The notes beneath the pieces were generated by a model. It did not search any database, had not been told where the DNA came from, and saw only the letters and a program-made list of their open reading frames with translations. The translations under genes were made by a program, and so were the position numbers. Shown here piece by piece: positions 59,313-64,000 of a DNA stretch of 64,000 nt (positions are counted from its first letter, which is position 1; each line of letters begins with the position of its first letter). This DNA comes from Octopus vulgaris (Eukaryota): the NCBI GenBank assembly GCA_951406725.2, contig OX597830.1:36890001-36954000 (forward strand). Direction: 5' to 3'.

Positions 59313-60042
59313 TATTCTTTTCTACTCTAGGTACAAGGCCCGAAATTAGATCGACATCAGTACGCATTTGGTACTTAGTTTAGGATGAAAGGCAAAGTCG
59401 ACCTCGGCGGAATTTGAACTTAGAACGTAAATATAGACGAAATACCGCTAACCATTTCGCCCGGCGTACTAACCTTTCTGGCAGCTCGCCGCCTTGAATA
59501 ATCTTTTCTACTCTAGGTACAAGTCCCGGAATTTTGGGGCAGGGGGCCAGTCGATTAGATCGACCCCAGTACGCAACTTTTAGATTGAATGTAAAATCTC
59601 TAGGATAATAATAATTGTTCCTTATTTCTTTAATGCCCACAAGGGGCTAAACACAGAGGGGACAAACAAGGACAGACAAACGGATTAAGTCGATTACATC
59701 GACCCCAGTGCGTAACTGGTACTTATTTAATCGACCCCGAAAGGATGAAAGGCAAAGCCGATCTCGGTAGAATTGGAACTCAGAACGTAGTGACAGACGA
59801 AATACCTATTTCTTTACTACTCACAAGGTGCAAAAAACACAGAGAGGAAAAACAAGGACAGACAAAAGGATTAAGTCGATTATATCGACCCCAGTGCGTA
59901 ACTGGTACTTATTTAATCGACCCCCGAAAGGATGAAAGGCAAAGTCAACCTCGGCGGAATTTGAACTCAGAACGTAGTGACAGACGAAATACCGCTAAGC
60001 ATTTCGCCCGGGGTACTAACGATTCTGCCAGCTCGCCGCCTT
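59313..60042 (-). mobile_element. cluster of tandem SINE family B copies
   Basis: Core GGATGAAAGGCAAAGTC at ~59383, 59743 and 59930; heads GCTCGCCGCCTT at ~59495 and 60042. Confidence 0.88.
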
Positions 60043-60509
60043 AATAATTGTTCCTATTTTAGACAAAGGGCCAACAATTTTGAGGGAGGGGAATTAGTCA
60101 ATAATATTGTCCCCAGTACTTAACAAGTACACCATTTTGTCGATCGCAATGCATTGAAAGGCGAGTTTTACTTCGATACGATTTGAACTCAAATGGTAAA
60201 GGGAAAGAAATACTGCAAAACGTTTATTCTGAAAGTCTAACAATCTTGCTAATAGTAAACTGGGTGGTGGGAGGGAAAAAGGTATTCTGTTTCAAAAATT
60301 CAAAATTGGAGGTACCGTGGAGTAACAAAAGAAGTAATTGAAATCGATTGAATCAGTTACGCTTGATCTTAGTGCAGGAGTCGCGAAAATTAATTCATGA
60401 ACACACACACACAAACACACATACACACACTCGCACACATATACATACACGTAACGTCTTTTTCCCCTTGTGGAGCATAGGGCCTGAACAGTTGTTTTCC
60501 ACAGTTGCC

Positions 60510-61196
60510 TTACCTTCTTTTACGCAACAAGAACGACCCGTTTGTCGACCGGATTGTGACTTGTGATGAAAAGTGGATTCTTTACGACAACCGATGATGC
60601 TCAACTCAGTGGTTGGACGCCGACGAAGCTCCACGGCACTTCCCGAAGCCAAATTTGCACCATAGTGACTGTTTGGTGGTCTGCGGTCGGTCTCATCCAT
60701 CACAGCTTTTTGGATTCAGGAGAAACCATGACGGCGAAGTACTGTCAGCAAATAGATGAAATGCATAAGAAACTCCAACAACAACAGCCAGCAGTGGTCA
60801 ATAGAAAAGGACCAATTCTTCCCCACGACAACGCTCGGCCACACGTCGCACAACTGACCCTGCAGAAGTTGAATGAATTGGGCTACGAAACTGCCTCATC
60901 CGCCATACTCACCAGACCTCTCGCCTACTGACTATCACTTTTCCAAGCATCTCAACAACTTCCTGCGTGAGAAATGCTTCAAAAACCAAGACGATGCCAA
61001 ACACGCCTTCAACGACTTCATCGCCACTAGAACGCAGGTTTTTACGCTACTGGCATAAATAAAGTTGTTTCGCGTTGGAAAAAGTGTGTTAATTCTGATG
61101 GTGTTTATTCCGATTAATAAATTTTTGTTTCAGCCGAGATATGTGCATCTGAATTTAAAGGTTAATAACAGTAAGAACTTTCTTGACAACCTAATA
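60510..61196 (+). mobile_element. 3' half of a DD34D mariner (cecropia/Hsmar1-like), frameshifted
   Basis: RIVTCDEKWILYDN, VTVWWS, HDNARPH and HPPYSPDLSPTDYH motifs; right TIR CAGTAAGAACTTTCTTGACAACCTAA+TA. Confidence 0.92.
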
Positions 61197-61204
61197 TACG
61201 TGTT

Positions 61205-61252
<48 letters not shown>

Positions 61253-61256
<4 letters not shown>

Positions 61257-61875
61257 TCTAATATAGGATAAAATATTTTCTGAAAAATTTTTTATCAATG
61301 GCCAGCATATTAAAAAATACCTTTAAAGGTTAAATTTATAAACAACTTATAAACAAGGGCAAAAGAAAAAAATGTTTGGCATTAGAAATTTCTTTCTTTT
61401 GCCCTTGTTTATAAGTTGTTTATAAATTTAACCTTTAAAGGTATTTTTTAATATGCTGGCCATTGATAAAATTTTTTTTCGAAAAAATGTTATCCTCTAT
61501 TAGATGTAAATTTAATAGTGTCCACTTCCGGACTCTCTCACTCTTTAAGAGTTTTTAGTTCGAATCGCACGTGGCTCGAATGGGCTGGAGAATTCCTATT
61601 GTGGATATATTTGGGGTACTTAGTTGTGCTCATGACTTAGTGTTTGCTTCTTCCATGGGTGAGTAAATATTTCATTTATTCCTTTGCCGCATTTATCACT
61701 GATGAAGAGAAGGTTCTTACGAACTAACTCTGAAATCGGGTCCGATATGGTAATAACGGAATTTTTTAGAAATTTCTGTCGGCTTTCTTCGATGAATTAT
61801 ATGGTTGTGGACGATGTGTCTAGTTTCGGCATATTTGGTATTAGAAACTTTTTCTTTTGCCCTTGTTTATAAGTT
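61253..61875 (+). mobile_element. hammerhead-bearing element with 5' fold-back and terminal direct repeat (Penelope pLTR/retrozyme-like)
   Basis: 116-bp inverted arms at 61253-61368 and 61393-61508; ~42-bp direct repeat at 61375-61417 and 61834-61875; (TA)n on both sides. Confidence 0.75.
61687..61759 (+). ncRNA. type I hammerhead ribozyme, canonical core
   Basis: Stem I UUAUCA/UGGUAA plus CCG/CGG; CUGAUGA 61699-705; stem II AGAG/CUCU with inner GGUUC/GAACU; GAA; stem III AUCGG-GU-CCGAU; AUA triplet ending at 61747. Confidence 0.85.
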
Positions 61876-61916
61876 ATCTATATATATATAATAATAATAA
61901 TAGAGGGTTCACAAAA

Positions 61917-62242
61917 TACCAGCTTGCTAGATATAAAAGTTAAGAACCTCAAATAGCCTTATTGGTAATTGATATACCTAGTAATTATTTTGAATTGGTG
62001 AGAAACTAGTCAACGCGTAACGGATTCAGAGAGGCGTGTTGGATTTTTCGTATTAGGTATTGCAAAACCTACTGAGGAGAATTAAGGCTTAACCCAGAAT
62101 TCGAAATAATGATCCAGGTGTATCAAGTACCTTATTTTACAGCCATTTGATCGTTTGCTCGACTTCTGCTGGCCCGTTTTGTTTTTCAGTATGATTGGTG
62201 GCTAATTTGAGGTTTTTAACTCTTATATCTAGCAAGCTGGTA
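61917..62242 (+). mobile_element. inverted-repeat-bounded element carrying a hammerhead
   Basis: ~42-bp arms at 61917-61958 and 62200-62242 (TACCAGCTTGCTAGATATAA.../...TTATATCTAGCAAGCTGGTA). Confidence 0.7.
62067..62119 (+). ncRNA. type I hammerhead ribozyme
   Basis: Stem I ACCU/AGGU (first pair is an A-C mismatch; distal GGUAUUG/CAAGUACC extension); CUGAGGA 62072-78; stem II GAAUU/AAUUC; GAA; stem III AU-AAUG-AU; AUC triplet ending at 62114. Confidence 0.72.
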
Positions 62243-62368
62243 CTTCGTCTAACCTTTGTTATAGTTATAATTTTTATTGTACAGCAATTTAACGCTATTA
62301 TTGCTTGCTGGCCACTTATATTATTGCTGTTATTATCGATTATTCATATTTACTGCTGATAATAATGG

Positions 62369-62478
62369 TACTGCTGCTGCTGCTGCTACTACTACTACTA
62401 CTACTACTACTACTGCTGCTGCTTCTGCTGCTGCTGCTGCTGTTGCTGTTGCTTCTGCTGCTGCTGCTGTTGCTGTTG

Positions 62479-62516
<38 letters not shown>

Positions 62517-62554
62517 GCTGCTGCTTCTGCTGCTGCTGCTGTTGCTGTTGCTTC

Positions 62555-62651
<97 letters not shown>

Positions 62652-62652
62652 G
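62369..62652. repeat. compound (CTG)n/(CTA)n/(TTG) trinucleotide repeat with higher-order duplication
   Basis: Alternating CTG and CTA blocks; the GCTTCTGCTGCTGCT..GTTGCTGTTGCTTCT block occurs twice. Confidence 0.9.
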
Positions 62653-62680
62653 TGTATATGAATATTAATTTGAATATTTA

Positions 62681-62721
<41 letters not shown>

Positions 62722-63182
62722 TGTGTGTGTGTGTGTGTGTGTGTGCGTGTATGTGTGTATGTGTGTTCGAGTTCGGCTTTTGTGTGTTTAAGGTTATCTC
62801 CCATCTACAACAATGCCGTCCAAATAATGAAATTTGAATAGTTGGAACCAAAGTAAACCAAATATATATTTTCGTAAAATAAATTTTCAGTAATTGTAAG
62901 TTATGCATGTAAACTGCAAATTATATTTAATAAATAATGAATAAATTATCATTAAATATTCATGCTACACAATATAACAGCACTCTAATATATTTAAATA
63001 TCTTTTACAAATGATGAGTATGAACGTACAAAAGTAATTTCATTAATGTTATTTTTTCGTCTAACCACGGTTTTTCTCATCTTGCAGTGGAATTAAATTA
63101 TGAGAAAAATGGCTAATTATATTATCTTAAAGAAAACTTGTTGTAAACATGTAAACTACAACTGCGGCATCCTCTTATGTAT

Positions 63183-63277
63183 AGGCGTAGCTGTGTGGTA
63201 AGAGTCCTCTACTAATGGCCCGGATTGACAAAAGCCTGGTGATAGAATTTGGTAGATGGAAACCGAAAGAAATCCGT

Positions 63278-63280
<3 letters not shown>
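63183..63280 (+). mobile_element. deleted SINE family A fragment
   Basis: AGGCGTAGCTGTGTGGTAAG...GAATTTGGTAGATGGAAACCGAAAGAA followed by (TA)n. Confidence 0.6.
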
Positions 63281-63324
<44 letters not shown>

Positions 63325-64000
63325 AATAAGAAAATGGAGAGGATATACAATGGACAAACATCAGCCAGTAAACATTCAATTGTATCTAATTATTAAATGA
63401 TTATAAACAAATTAACGAATGAAATAAGCCAATAAATGCATAAACAGATACACACACACACACACACACACACATAAATACATATATATATATATATAGA
63501 AACAAATGAATAATAACAGATGAAAACACGATGTGTACCGCAGCCTCCAGAAATTCCTCTTGAGTGAGACTTTATTCACCTACATACCAGAGGATGGAAT
63601 AACTAACGTGGATTATATTAACACCTTTATTGAAGTCCTTACCTTACCTTTCCTTACTATGTCTATCACATTATTTCATTCTATTTTACCCTACTCTGTT
63701 TTTTAACAGACTTTCACACATGTTAGTTTCCTAACATTTGCACCCTATGAAGAAGCTTAGGGGTACATTCATTATCCAAACACTATCCAATGTCTATTGA
63801 TCCCTGTATATCACTGACGGGGTGAAGATATATTGGAAGTTTTTGTTGCCTCATGGTAGAAACGGCCGTAAGGAATTAGTACCTGTACACTCATCTATTA
63901 TTATTCATTTGTTTATATATATAATATATATATATATGTGTGTGTGTGTGTGTATGTATATATATCTGTTTATGCATTTATTGGCTTATTTCATTCATTA

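Noticed and set aside
62277-62837. Poly-Ala/Thr or poly-Leu ORFs (mucin- or antifreeze-like)
   Set aside because: Pure trinucleotide repeat running into (TA)n/(TG)n, with no splice or start context.

Overview
AT-rich eukaryotic (animal) DNA saturated with microsatellites ((TA)n, (CA)n, (TATC)n, (TACA)n, (CTCA)n) and transposon debris. The SINE repertoire and repeat landscape point to a coleoid cephalopod, probably an octopus (inference). No intact host gene is evident, and nearly all ORFs in the track are microsatellite or SINE artefacts. Supported elements: three tRNA-headed SINE families with many copies, five Tc1/mariner-superfamily relics (mariner, DD37D/maT, Tc1), mariner and hAT MITEs, a non-autonomous Helitron and LINE fragments. 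The main hidden signal is a set of short non-coding elements, unrelated in sequence, that sit in or beside (TA)n tracts. Several are bounded by inverted repeats, and each carries a type-I hammerhead ribozyme fold: best at 1170-1231, 61687-61759 and 62067-62119, with a G3:C8 core variant at 2006-2056 and degenerate copies near 17.0, 22.9-23.5 and 57.5 kb. They resemble Penelope pseudo-LTR or retrozyme-like elements. A perfect 454-bp palindrome lies at 13552-14005. Folds were derived by eye and repeat boundaries are approximate.
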